Shown here: piece after piece, positions 25,941-34,559 of the stretch | Layout of the letters: every line of letters starts with the position of its first letter | How positions within the stretch are numbered: position 1 is the first letter of the stretch | DNA from: Candidatus Enterousia sp. | GTDB lineage: Bacteria; Pseudomonadota; Alphaproteobacteria; Rs-D84 | DNA: 64,000 nucleotides | NCBI GenBank assembly: GCA_045651525.1 | Contig: JAZRSO010000032.1 | Location: forward strand, 73,748 to 137,747 | Direction: 5' to 3' | Program-made: the position numbers and the translations under genes | The notes under the pieces: model-generated | Told to the model about the DNA's origin: nothing | The model's input: the letters and a program-made list of their open reading frames with translations, nothing else | Database searches by the model: none

Positions 25941-27569
25941 ATGATAAATTTGTTTAAAAAGATTGTGATTTGTTTTTTGGGTGTGTCTGTGTTGGCAGGT
26001 TGTGCAACCAAAGATTCTGCCAAGGTTGCCGCATCTGTTGATAATGATTTTGTAAACGCATACGAGGCGTTTGAAATGGCGAAAAATCCACGTGCCAAGG
26101 TGGCCAGTGGTGATACTGTTTCTATGTCTGAGGGTGTATGGTTGGGAAATAAATCTATTGTGTTGGAACATCGTAATAATCTGCCATCGCAATTTGAAAC
26201 TGATACAGGTGTAACAATTTTGTTAAATGAACCTGTGTCATTACAGGTTTTGGCAAATGATATTTATTCTGCAACAGGTATTCCTGTTAAGATAGACGGT
26301 CAGATATCTGCTGATAAATTAAAAAAGATGGTGAATGTTGCATATACTGGCAAATTGTCTGGGTTGTTATCTCAGGTCGCAACTGATTTGGATTTGTTAT
26401 GGTATTACGATAAAAATTCAATTGTATTTTATGAAACAGAAACAAAAACATTTACATTGTATGCCCTGGGGACCGAGGTTGCGTACCAAACAGCTGTGTC
26501 CACAGACGATTCAAATGAAGTGTCTTTGGAATCAACCTTAAAAGAATGGGACGAGGTTGAAAGTGCAATATCTTCAATCATTGGTAAAAGTGATAATGCA
26601 GACTTTACTGTTTCGCGCAGTTTGGGAACAATAACTGTAACTGCGTCCCCATCTGTATTGGCACGTGTTGGTGAATATATCGAACGTCAGAATAAACGTC
26701 TGTCACAGCTGATTACAATCGATGTCAAAGTTTTGCAGGTTACAATTTCTAATGATTCTGCATTTGGTTTGAATTTGGCTGCGGCTATTAATTCAACATC
26801 AGGATTAAATATTGTTGCAAACCCAAAGAATAATCTGGCATCGACCGAGGCCAGTTCAATGAATATCGCAGTATTATCAAATGCTGTGTCTGCATTGACA
26901 GGTGCGACACATACCGAAGGCGGTACGACTGTTGGTGGTGCATATACGCAAAATGACATTATGAATGGTTCTTTGTCTGGTGTTGCAGGCTCTAATGCAT
27001 TGATAGAAGCATTGGCAAAGCAGGGCAAGGTATCTTTGGTTACAAATGTTGGTGTAACAACGCGTTCTAATCGTGTTGCACCGGTCAGCAATACACGCAG
27101 TACAGGTTATATCAAACGTTTTGAATCCAGAAACTTTACAACTGTGGAATCCAGTACTGTTGATCAAGATGATTTGGAAACAGGTTTCACAATGCAGTTA
27201 TTGCCAAACGTACTGGAAAACGGCAAGATTTTATTGTTGTTCCGTATGTCTGTTCGTGAATTGTTGCGTATGTCAACCCAGACAATTGGTGAAGTAACCC
27301 TGCAATTGCCAGAGGTTGAAGAACGTAGCTTTATGCAAGAAGTAATCATGGAATCTGGTCAAATGTTGGTTGTTTCTGGCTTTGAAAAACAGACCAGCCA
27401 AGATACACGCTATGGCTTGGGCGATCCTGACTTTATGGCATTATCTGGTTCGCGCGAAACATCTGCAACCCGTGAAGTATTGGTCGTTATATTGACTCCA
27501 CAGGTATTGGTAAGTCCAATGGATACAGAAAGAACGATACAGCAGCATTGGGGCGCCCCCCTAAACTAA
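25941..27569 (+). CDS. lipoprotein secretin, type IVb-pilus PilN/BfpB-like
   Basis: Lipobox VLAGCATK. The C-terminal secretin domain is present (LLPNVLENGKILL..., MLVVSGFEKQTSQDTRYGLGD, REVLVVILTPQVL). Confidence 0.7.
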   Translation: MINLFKKIVICFLGVSVLAGCATKDSAKVAASVDNDFVNAYEAFEMAKNPRAKVASGDTVSMSEGVWLGNKSIVLEHRNNLPSQFETDTGVTILLNEPVSLQVLANDIYSATGIPVKIDGQISADKLKKMVNVAYTGKLSGLLSQVATDLDLLWYYDKNSIVFYETETKTFTLYALGTEVAYQTAVSTDDSNEVSLESTLKEWDEVESAISSIIGKSDNADFTVSRSLGTITVTASPSVLARVGEYIERQNKRLSQLITIDVKVLQVTISNDSAFGLNLAAAINSTSGLNIVANPKNNLASTEASSMNIAVLSNAVSALTGATHTEGGTTVGGAYTQNDIMNGSLSGVAGSNALIEALAKQGKVSLVTNVGVTTRSNRVAPVSNTRSTGYIKRFESRNFTTVESSTVDQDDLETGFTMQLLPNVLENGKILLLFRMSVRELLRMSTQTIGEVTLQLPEVEERSFMQEVIMESGQMLVVSGFEKQTSQDTRYGLGDPDFMALSGSRETSATREVLVVILTPQVLVSPMDTERTIQQHWGAPLN

Positions 27570-27588
27570 AAATAAATTATAATAATTC

Positions 27589-27827
27589 ATCTAAAAACAA
27601 ATCGGGAATCTCATGTAGCGTCATGTACACTACGATTCCCGATTTGTTTTTATCTAAATCATTCTAATTTATTTTTTCGCTAATCATGGGCAGGGCGACA
27701 TCTCATGTAACTTCTGTACACTACGCCATTGCTAACCCGTTTATCTATACCATTATCTTTTATTTTTACGCTAATCGTGAACGTTGCCGGCACTACTTGT
27801 GTCTAAATCATTCTAATTTATTTTTTT
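27589..27827. repeat. cluster A of dispersed hairpin-repeat units (2.5 tandem units of about 90 bp)
   Basis: A perfect 18-bp stem (27593-27610 with 27634-27651) encloses the loop tcatgtagcgtcatgtacactac. A second core, ctcatgtaacttctgtacactac, sits at 27702-27724. Arms and tails recur at 46049-46226. Confidence 0.9.
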
Positions 27828-27854
27828 AGTTTATATATAGTGTAATGTTCTTGT

Positions 27855-27887
27855 AAAAAAAATTCCCCAATTGGGGAATTTTTTTTA
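27855..27887. terminator. bidirectional rho-independent terminator (serves rpsT)
   Basis: aaaaaaaattcccc-aatt-ggggaatttttttt. Confidence 0.85.
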
Positions 27888-27900
27888 TTCTGATTTTCTA

Positions 27901-28161
27901 TTAAGCAATTTTGGATGCTTTCTTCGCCAAACGTGAAATCTTACGTGCAGCACGTTTCTTTGGCATGATTTTGCCAGCAGATTTCATAATCTTGCTTTCT
28001 GCGTTGCGTAATGCAGTTGTTGCAGCAGCCTTGTCCCCAGATTCAATGGCGACCAATGCCTTTTTAGTTGCTGTTTTAACCGCACTGCGACGTGCTGTAT
28101 TGATTGCGTTCTTTTTGGCTGTTACCAAAATTCTTTTTTCAGATGACTTATGATTTGCCAC
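27901..28161 (-). CDS. rpsT: 30S ribosomal protein S20
   Basis: 86 aa. MANHKSSEKRI....KKN..N...RS..KT is the canonical S20 N-terminus. Confidence 0.92.
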   Translation of the reverse strand: MANHKSSEKRILVTAKKNAINTARRSAVKTATKKALVAIESGDKAAATTALRNAESKIMKSAGKIMPKKRAARKISRLAKKASKIA

Positions 28162-28234
28162 GTTATTTTCCTTTTATTTTCTATAAGTTTCTGATATTTT
28201 ATAAAAAACAAACATAAAATCAAGGAAAAATAAC

Positions 28235-28822
28235 ATGATTTATATTTTTGCAATTATTATATCTTATTTATTAGGCTCGATTCCTATGGGATTATTACTG
28301 ACCAAAATGGCTGGCAAGGGCGATTTGCGTCAGGTTGGCAGTGGTAATATCGGCGCAACAAATGTTATGCGTGTTGGTGGTTTGCGTATGGCGGGACTGG
28401 TGTGGATATTAGATATGGCCAAGGCAATTGTGGCGGTATTTATCGGAAAATATGTTTCTGGCGATGCGTTTGGTGCATGGTGTGGTTTTGCGGCGATTGT
28501 CGGTCATTGTTATCCAATTTGGCTAAAATTCAAGGGAGGCAAGGGGATTTCGTCTTTGTTTGGCGCCTTGTTGGCGGTCAGCCCGTTATCTTTTGCGGTG
28601 TGTGGAATTGAATGGCTGTTGGTTGCGTTGACCAGTGGGGCATCTTCGTTTGGTGCAACGATTGTTTTTTGTTTGATTCCAATATTGGGTTTTGCGATTA
28701 GCGTAAATGTTGGATTTGCGTTCTTGGCAATTGGTCTGCTGTGTGTGTGGCGTCATCGTGGAAATATAATTCGCTTGATTAGGGGCGATGAATCCAAGAT
28801 AGAATGGAAGTGGAAAAAATAA
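28235..28822 (+). CDS. plsY: glycerol-3-phosphate acyltransferase PlsY
   Basis: 195 aa with GSGNIGATNV and FKGGKG motifs. Confidence 0.9.
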   Translation: MIYIFAIIISYLLGSIPMGLLLTKMAGKGDLRQVGSGNIGATNVMRVGGLRMAGLVWILDMAKAIVAVFIGKYVSGDAFGAWCGFAAIVGHCYPIWLKFKGGKGISSLFGALLAVSPLSFAVCGIEWLLVALTSGASSFGATIVFCLIPILGFAISVNVGFAFLAIGLLCVWRHRGNIIRLIRGDESKIEWKWKK

Positions 28823-28849
28823 AAATCGGGCATTGTTGCCCGTTTTTTT
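28823..28849 (+). terminator. rho-independent terminator
   Basis: cgggca-ttgt-tgcccg followed by ttttttt. Confidence 0.8.
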
Positions 28850-28918
28850 ATTAGGGCTTTATTTTTTATCGATTTTGTGATATAATATATATAAATGTAT
28901 TCCAAAGGGAAAGAGAAT

Positions 28919-29731
28919 ATGAAAAAAATTGTATCCTTGTTTATGGGCTGTTTGATTGTAACGGGTGGTTTTGCTGCGCCGGCGGGACGTGGTCGTGTGT
29001 CTATGTCTGGTCAGATGATGGCGGCACCGCGTGCGACTGTATCAAAGACACAAATTTCCGCGATGGCGGCGGTTAATAATTCAAATATGGCTGTTACACC
29101 AGAACAAATGGTGCCTGCAGTCAAGGTTGATACACGCGAAAAAGAACGTAATGCGTGCTTGGCGAATAATATTGGTATTGGTAATACTTTTGTTTGGGCA
29201 TCTCGTTTTAGTAATGTAAATAATTACGCATCTATGATAGAAGATGTTGAGCAGCCAGAAAACAATGTGTGTTTTGTAAAGGTTGGATTAAAGTCAGATG
29301 ATGACAGAATTGATTTGTCTGATATTCCAGAAATGTATTTCCCAATGGGTCAGGCGATTACATGTGGTTCATGGGCAAGCGAAGACGATATGCGCCAGAG
29401 AATTTTGGATGCGAAAAAGAAAGCACGTGTTTGGGGAACGGTTGGTGGCGTTGTTGGTGGCGCAGGTATCGGTGTTGGTGCCATGGAGTTGTTCGGAAAC
29501 AAATTGATTGGTGGCAAGGTAGAAGGGCAAAAGGCATTAGAGGGTGATCAATTATTACGTTCCCAGGTGTTGGAATTGCAAAAAGAAAATGCGTCTGAAT
29601 ATAATAGATTTATCAGTAACTTGAAAATATTACAGATAGAATGCAACAAGGAAATGTGGAAAAACACAACAGATAGCGAGGTTACAACAATCTGTGATAA
29701 ATATAATGGATTGTTTGATTTGGCAAGTTAG
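28919..29731 (+). CDS. secreted/membrane protein with a glycine-zipper segment, function unknown
   Basis: The ATG at 28919 gives the signal peptide MKKIVSLFMGCLIVTGGFA. A Gly-zipper WGTVGGVVGGAGIGVGAM is followed by a coiled coil. Confidence 0.6.
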   Translation: MKKIVSLFMGCLIVTGGFAAPAGRGRVSMSGQMMAAPRATVSKTQISAMAAVNNSNMAVTPEQMVPAVKVDTREKERNACLANNIGIGNTFVWASRFSNVNNYASMIEDVEQPENNVCFVKVGLKSDDDRIDLSDIPEMYFPMGQAITCGSWASEDDMRQRILDAKKKARVWGTVGGVVGGAGIGVGAMELFGNKLIGGKVEGQKALEGDQLLRSQVLELQKENASEYNRFISNLKILQIECNKEMWKNTTDSEVTTICDKYNGLFDLAS

Positions 29732-29732
29732 T

Positions 29733-29762
29733 AAAAAAAATCCGCGTTTGCGGATTTTTTTA
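29733..29762 (+). terminator. rho-independent terminator
   Basis: aaaaaaaatccgc-gttt-gcggattttttt. Confidence 0.85.
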
Positions 29763-29799
29763 TTGGTTTTTATTCGTAATAATATCGTATAGTGTACTT

Positions 29800-30822
29800 A
29801 TGTCAGATTTATTTAAAAAGTTATTGATTATTCGTACACCGAAAATTGGGCCTGTTCGTTATGCGGAATTGATTGCTAAATTTGGTTCGGTGGATGCGGT
29901 TGTTGATTTTTTAAATCCCGATTCGGATTTTCGGGACAGTGTGTTGCGCGAAATGGATGTGGCGCAGAAAATGAATATACATTATGTATCTGATGATAGC
30001 GATTTTTATCCATCAGCATTACGTGATTTAAAAAATCATCCGCCAATTATCACTGTGCGGGGAAATCTTGAAACGTTGACGTGTCCAACCGTGTCTATTG
30101 TCGGAACGCGTCATGCAACAGGTGTGGGGATGAAATTTGTTGCCGATATGGCGGCGACATTTGCAGAACACGGTGTGACGGTTGTATCAGGTATGGCGAT
30201 TGGTACAGATTCGGCGGCACATCGTGGTGCGTTGCGTGCGACGGGCAATACAAACACAATTGCGGTCTTGGCGGGTGGGGTTGATTATATATGGCCATTG
30301 GAAAACGAATCGCTGTATTGGGAAATTGTTGAACGCGGTGCGGTTATCAGCGAAATGCCTGTGGGATTTGTTCCTGTTGCGACAAACTTTGTGCAACGTA
30401 ATCGTTGGGTTGCCGGGATTTCTGACAAATTGATTTTAAGCGAGGCCGATATGAAGTCAGGTTCCATGACGACGGCCCGATTCGCAATTGATTTTGGTCG
30501 TGATGTTTGGGCTATTCCATCGCATCCGGCGGATTTTCGCGGGGCGGGGCCAAATTCACTGATTCGGAATGGTGATGCAAAATTGTGCGTGGGTATTCAA
30601 GATTTCTTTGCAGACGCACAAAAAGAAAAAATAAAAACAAAAATTCAGAAAAAAAACGATTCGGAAAATTCTGTATTTGATAAAATTGGTTCAGTTCCTG
30701 TGTCTGAATCTGTATTGACAGAACTTGTCAAAAAATCGGTTTCGGAAATCAAGTCAGAATTAGTTGTATTGGAATTGCAGGGTTTGGTCAGAAAAGTTGA
30801 CGGTGGTTACGTTCGTATATGA
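29800..30822 (+). CDS. dprA: DNA-processing protein DprA (Smf)
   Basis: 340 aa. Rossmann-like DprA core present (VSIVGTRHAT..G, GMAIGTDSAAHRGAL, GGVDYIWP, QRNRWVAG). Confidence 0.88.
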   Translation: MSDLFKKLLIIRTPKIGPVRYAELIAKFGSVDAVVDFLNPDSDFRDSVLREMDVAQKMNIHYVSDDSDFYPSALRDLKNHPPIITVRGNLETLTCPTVSIVGTRHATGVGMKFVADMAATFAEHGVTVVSGMAIGTDSAAHRGALRATGNTNTIAVLAGGVDYIWPLENESLYWEIVERGAVISEMPVGFVPVATNFVQRNRWVAGISDKLILSEADMKSGSMTTARFAIDFGRDVWAIPSHPADFRGAGPNSLIRNGDAKLCVGIQDFFADAQKEKIKTKIQKKNDSENSVFDKIGSVPVSESVLTELVKKSVSEIKSELVVLELQGLVRKVDGGYVRI

Positions 30823-31288
30823 ATATTTTCATGTATATACAGTGTATATACAAACGGCAGAAAACAGGCAAAAAAACGAATCGTTGTCAAAAAATAAATG
30901 TTCAAAAAATGTTTAATATTTGGTTGTAAACAGAAAATTATCTTATAAATTATTTGACGTATCCAAAACAAGATTGAGAGAAGAAAATCAATCAAACGTG
31001 CAGGAAAAAATCCTGCGGAAAACCGGGGCGTCAGATTTAAGAAAATAAATCAGGGGTTCCACAAAAAACACTGATTAAAGTTGGTGTTTATGGGTGCGAA
31101 AACGGGTGGCATTCTTGATTAACAAGAATAACAAACATTGGTTTTCAGTCACCGTGTGAGAGGGATGAAAAAGTAGGGCGTATAAAAGGTTGATGCGGTA
31201 ATGCGTTGGCGTTTTATGTGGGTGGCTTTTGCAAACCAAAACACAATGGGGCAGGAAACTCTTTTAGGGAAGGAAAGGAGAAAACGAT

Positions 31289-32572
31289 ATGCAGACAATG
31301 GCAAATGTAACAATGACAAACTTGGAAAATATCAAGGGGGCCATTGCCGCAAAAATTGATTCTGCCAGTTTTACTTCTTGGATTGCGCCATTAAATTTTG
31401 ACATTATAAATAACACATTGGTTTTGGGTGCACAGAATCAATTCTCGGCTGATTTTATCAACAGTGTATATGGCAACTTGATTTTGTCTGTTGCAAATGA
31501 ATTTGGTTTGGATGCAAAAATTGCAGTTCGTTCAAACAATGCGCCTGTTGCAAATGCACCTGTTGCAAACGATAACAAGACACAGACATTTGCACCTGCC
31601 AAAGAAGCAGTTAAATCATCTGTTTCATTTGATTCATTTATTTGTTGTGATGATAACATGTTCGTATTATCTGCATGTAAAAAAATTGCAGCGGGCGCAG
31701 TATCGTTTTCCCCGCTGTTTATTTATGGTGCGTCTGGCTGTGGCAAGACACTGTTGACAGACTGTATTGCAGGTGCTGCGAATGGTCGTGTTGTAAAAAT
31801 GACTGCGTCCCAATTTGTATCTGAATTTTCACGTTCATTAAAAGAATACAATGTTTTTGGCTTCAAAGATTTCTGCCGCAACTGTGACATCTTTATTTTG
31901 GACGATGTTCAGGGTTTGTCTGGCAAAAAGGCATCAACCGAAGAATTCTTGCAATTGGTTGTTGATTTGCGTAATGCGGGTAAAAATGTTGTTTTGACTG
32001 CAAATGCGGCACCAAATAATCTGACAGGTTTGGACAGACGTGTTCAGTCATTATTGGCATCTGGCCTGACAGCAGAGGTTGCATCCCCAAACGCACATGT
32101 AAAAAACATTATGTTACAACGTGCAGGTGTTGCGATGGATGTTGCAAGTGCATTGTCACAACGTGTTGCAAACGATGGTCATTTGATTGCAGGTATTGCA
32201 ACAAAAATCAAAACATATGCAGATTTGATGGGAACATCTGTTGATATGGATGTTGCGCAACGTTTATTGGCAGATACATTGCAGAAGACAAAAACACCAT
32301 CTGCGATGGTTCGCGAAATGTGTGAAAAGTTGGCGGTGTCATATGACGCGGTATGTGGTAACGGTCGCACACGTTCATTGGTATTGGCACGTCAAATAAT
32401 GATGGTTGTATTGAAAAATGTTACCGGTTTGTCATTGTCTGAGATTGGTAATTTTGTTGGTGGTCGTGATCATGCCACAGTATTGTATGCAATTCGTCAA
32501 ATTGAAAAGCAGCAGACATCTGATTTGGTATTATCTGCCCAGATTCAACAGTTGATAAAGGAATATAAATAA
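31289..32572 (+). CDS. dnaA: chromosomal replication initiator DnaA
   Basis: 427 aa. Contains an AAA+ Walker A (GASGCGKT), Walker B (ILDDVQ) and the domain IV signature (GGRDHATVLYAIRQIE). Confidence 0.9.
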   Translation: MQTMANVTMTNLENIKGAIAAKIDSASFTSWIAPLNFDIINNTLVLGAQNQFSADFINSVYGNLILSVANEFGLDAKIAVRSNNAPVANAPVANDNKTQTFAPAKEAVKSSVSFDSFICCDDNMFVLSACKKIAAGAVSFSPLFIYGASGCGKTLLTDCIAGAANGRVVKMTASQFVSEFSRSLKEYNVFGFKDFCRNCDIFILDDVQGLSGKKASTEEFLQLVVDLRNAGKNVVLTANAAPNNLTGLDRRVQSLLASGLTAEVASPNAHVKNIMLQRAGVAMDVASALSQRVANDGHLIAGIATKIKTYADLMGTSVDMDVAQRLLADTLQKTKTPSAMVREMCEKLAVSYDAVCGNGRTRSLVLARQIMMVVLKNVTGLSLSEIGNFVGGRDHATVLYAIRQIEKQQTSDLVLSAQIQQLIKEYK

Positions 32573-32597
32573 AAATCCCCCAATTGGGGAATTTTTA
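32572..32597 (+). terminator. rho-independent terminator
   Basis: aaaaatcccc-caat-tggggaattttta. Confidence 0.65.
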
Positions 32598-32711
32598 TTA
32601 GTGTAAGTGGTTAGTGTAAGTTGTGGCAAAAAATTATTTTGTAAAATAAGTACTTGGTGGGTGGCGTAAAATATGATAAAATGACAGAGATAGAATAAAT
32701 AGGATGGGAAT

Positions 32712-33962
32712 ATGAAAAAGTTTTTGTTTTTATTGATGGCTTCTTTTTGTATGGCGTGCCCGAATGCGTATGCAGGTTGTAATGCGCCAACCACGTTAAG
32801 TTATGATGGTAATCAGCATTATAATGATGATGAGTTTTTATATGATGCGGCTAACTATGAATTTGTGAAGCAGGGTTATGAAAATACAAAAAATAAAACA
32901 TCAGGCGATGGCAAGGGATACGAATGTGATAAATTTAATTCTAAAAGTTGCCAAGATGGAAATCGTTTGACTTTGCCAGCAGGACATTATTTTCGTGGAA
33001 ACAGAATAGATGTAAAAACAACATATGAATGCAAGGCAAGGGCTGCCGGAAATGATAAATGGGAACCGATATCCAAGGATGTTTGTGAGACAGCGCAATA
33101 TGGTACAATTGAGGTTGGTAAACAATATGGTAGGCATTTGACAAAACAAGAGTGTTCTGGATATCCGCTGACCGACGATAACGGAACAGAGTATGCGTTG
33201 ATTTGTCGTGATGGTCCAACCTTGGTATGCAAAGCGATGAAATGCAAAACAGGTATGAAGGCAAATAATGGAAAATGTGAAATTGATGGTTCGTCGGATG
33301 TAACATGTAAATCACAGCGAGAATCAGAAGAAGGTAAAGCGTGTTGTGATTTGCCTGCTTCTGTAGCAACATGGAATGGCACAAATTGTGTCTGTTTAGG
33401 CGGAAAAGTATTTAGAATGATTGGCGGTAGTGGCAGGTGTGTTGTTCCAGAAAATGACGATGTGCCATTTCATTGTCCTGATGTTGACATCAGTTTGTTT
33501 AATCAGTGGACTGTACAATGTGCATCTGCATCACATTCTGCGACGATAAGTTTGATAACACAAATACAGACGTTGTGTAACAGTTCAAGTTTAACAGCGG
33601 CGCTGTATAACAAGTTGTACACCCAGGTTGAGACATCTGTTACACTATATTGTCAGCAAACGGAACCGCCGGTTATAGATAGCAATTCAAAAAATAAAAT
33701 TATCGCGGCGGGCAAGGTCTTGGATGGTATTGTTGCCGGGTTTGATGTCAGTGTTTGGAAAAATGCCCAGGGCGAATTTAATACCGCACGTCTGGCATCA
33801 GATTCAATCGCCGGTGTTGTTTTGGGTACAGCTGGTGGTTTGATTACCAGCAGTGTAATGAAAAAGAAACAAGCCGAACAAGGATTTGAAGACCTGAAAT
33901 GCGTTGTCGGTGGCCAGTCGGTTGCTGGTTGGGGTGACGAATTTAATGTCGGTATCCAATAA
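32712..33962 (+). CDS. secreted Cys-rich protein with a C-terminal Gly-rich membrane segment, function unknown
   Basis: Signal peptide MKKFLFLLMASFCMACPNAYA. The ectodomain carries more than 25 Cys. A C-terminal segment SIAGVVLGTAGGLITSSVMKKK is present. Confidence 0.6.
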   Translation: MKKFLFLLMASFCMACPNAYAGCNAPTTLSYDGNQHYNDDEFLYDAANYEFVKQGYENTKNKTSGDGKGYECDKFNSKSCQDGNRLTLPAGHYFRGNRIDVKTTYECKARAAGNDKWEPISKDVCETAQYGTIEVGKQYGRHLTKQECSGYPLTDDNGTEYALICRDGPTLVCKAMKCKTGMKANNGKCEIDGSSDVTCKSQRESEEGKACCDLPASVATWNGTNCVCLGGKVFRMIGGSGRCVVPENDDVPFHCPDVDISLFNQWTVQCASASHSATISLITQIQTLCNSSSLTAALYNKLYTQVETSVTLYCQQTEPPVIDSNSKNKIIAAGKVLDGIVAGFDVSVWKNAQGEFNTARLASDSIAGVVLGTAGGLITSSVMKKKQAEQGFEDLKCVVGGQSVAGWGDEFNVGIQ

Positions 33963-33963
33963 T

Positions 33964-33991
33964 AAAAAATGCCCCAACGGGGCATTTTTTT
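33964..33991. terminator. bidirectional rho-independent terminator
   Basis: aaaaaatgcccc-aac-ggggcattttttt. Confidence 0.85.
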
Positions 33992-34457
33992 ATTTATGAT
34001 TCGCTTTTGTTATACCGGCAAGTATGCGTTTGCGTTTTTCCATTTCACGAATAAAGTCGCGTTTGGTTGCGTGATTTAAACGATCCAAGAAATACATCTT
34101 GTTCTTTTCTTCTTTGTAGCCGTCGCAAATATATACTTCGTCTGGGAATATATATGCAACAGGTTCCAATGTATATTTATCTAAGTATTCAATAATCGTT
34201 GATGCCAACTTTTCGCCCATCGCTTCTTTTGTTTTGGTGAATTTTAAAACAGCCCTGTTGGCGCATGGGTTTGGAAACTGTTGCGCTGGCAGCCAGCCTG
34301 TGCGTGTTTCTTGTTTTGTGCCATTGATGTATGAAACGGCAACCGGTGTGCATTTGCATAATTCAAAAACGCCAGGAATTGTCATCTTTGTAAAGCATGC
34401 AATATATGTGTTCTTTTTCTTTGAACTTACATGATTTGCAGGTATGTTTTTGTTCAT
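33990..34457 (-). CDS. hypothetical protein (155 aa)
   Basis: An isolated ORF flanked by terminator-like hairpins. No recognisable motif. Confidence 0.45.
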   Translation of the reverse strand: MNKNIPANHVSSKKKNTYIACFTKMTIPGVFELCKCTPVAVSYINGTKQETRTGWLPAQQFPNPCANRAVLKFTKTKEAMGEKLASTIIEYLDKYTLEPVAYIFPDEVYICDGYKEEKNKMYFLDRLNHATKRDFIREMEKRKRILAGITKANHK

Positions 34458-34523
34458 ATTTTTTATCCTCTTATCATTTTTATATAAATAACACCAATAA
34501 AACGTCTGTCAAATAAAAAAAGA

Positions 34524-34558
34524 AGGAAAAAAACCGGATTGTTTTTCCGGTGTTTTTT
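34524..34558 (-). terminator. rho-independent terminator (minus strand, after parE)
   Basis: The minus strand reads accgga-aaaacaa-tccggt followed by ttttttt. Confidence 0.75.
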
Positions 34559-34559
34559 A

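Noticed and set aside
27589-27827. Could the tandem hairpin units (and those at 46049-46226) be a small CRISPR array?
   Set aside because: There are only 2-3 units per locus. The variable arms recur between the two loci instead of being unique spacers. The units include long AT-rich tails. No cas genes are present in the window.
31539-31570. The tandem 15-bp duplication in dnaA (encoding NAPVANAPVAN) as a notable repeat.
   Set aside because: It lies in the poorly conserved domain II linker. It is a trivial in-frame slippage duplication with no predicted functional consequence.
32600-32625. A shared 12-mer, aagtggttagtg, near terminators at 32606 and 56172, as a possible regulatory motif.
   Set aside because: Exact 12-mer coincidences are expected by chance many times in 64 kb of AT-rich sequence. 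Flanking similarity is only about 17 of 21 positions, with no third copy seen.
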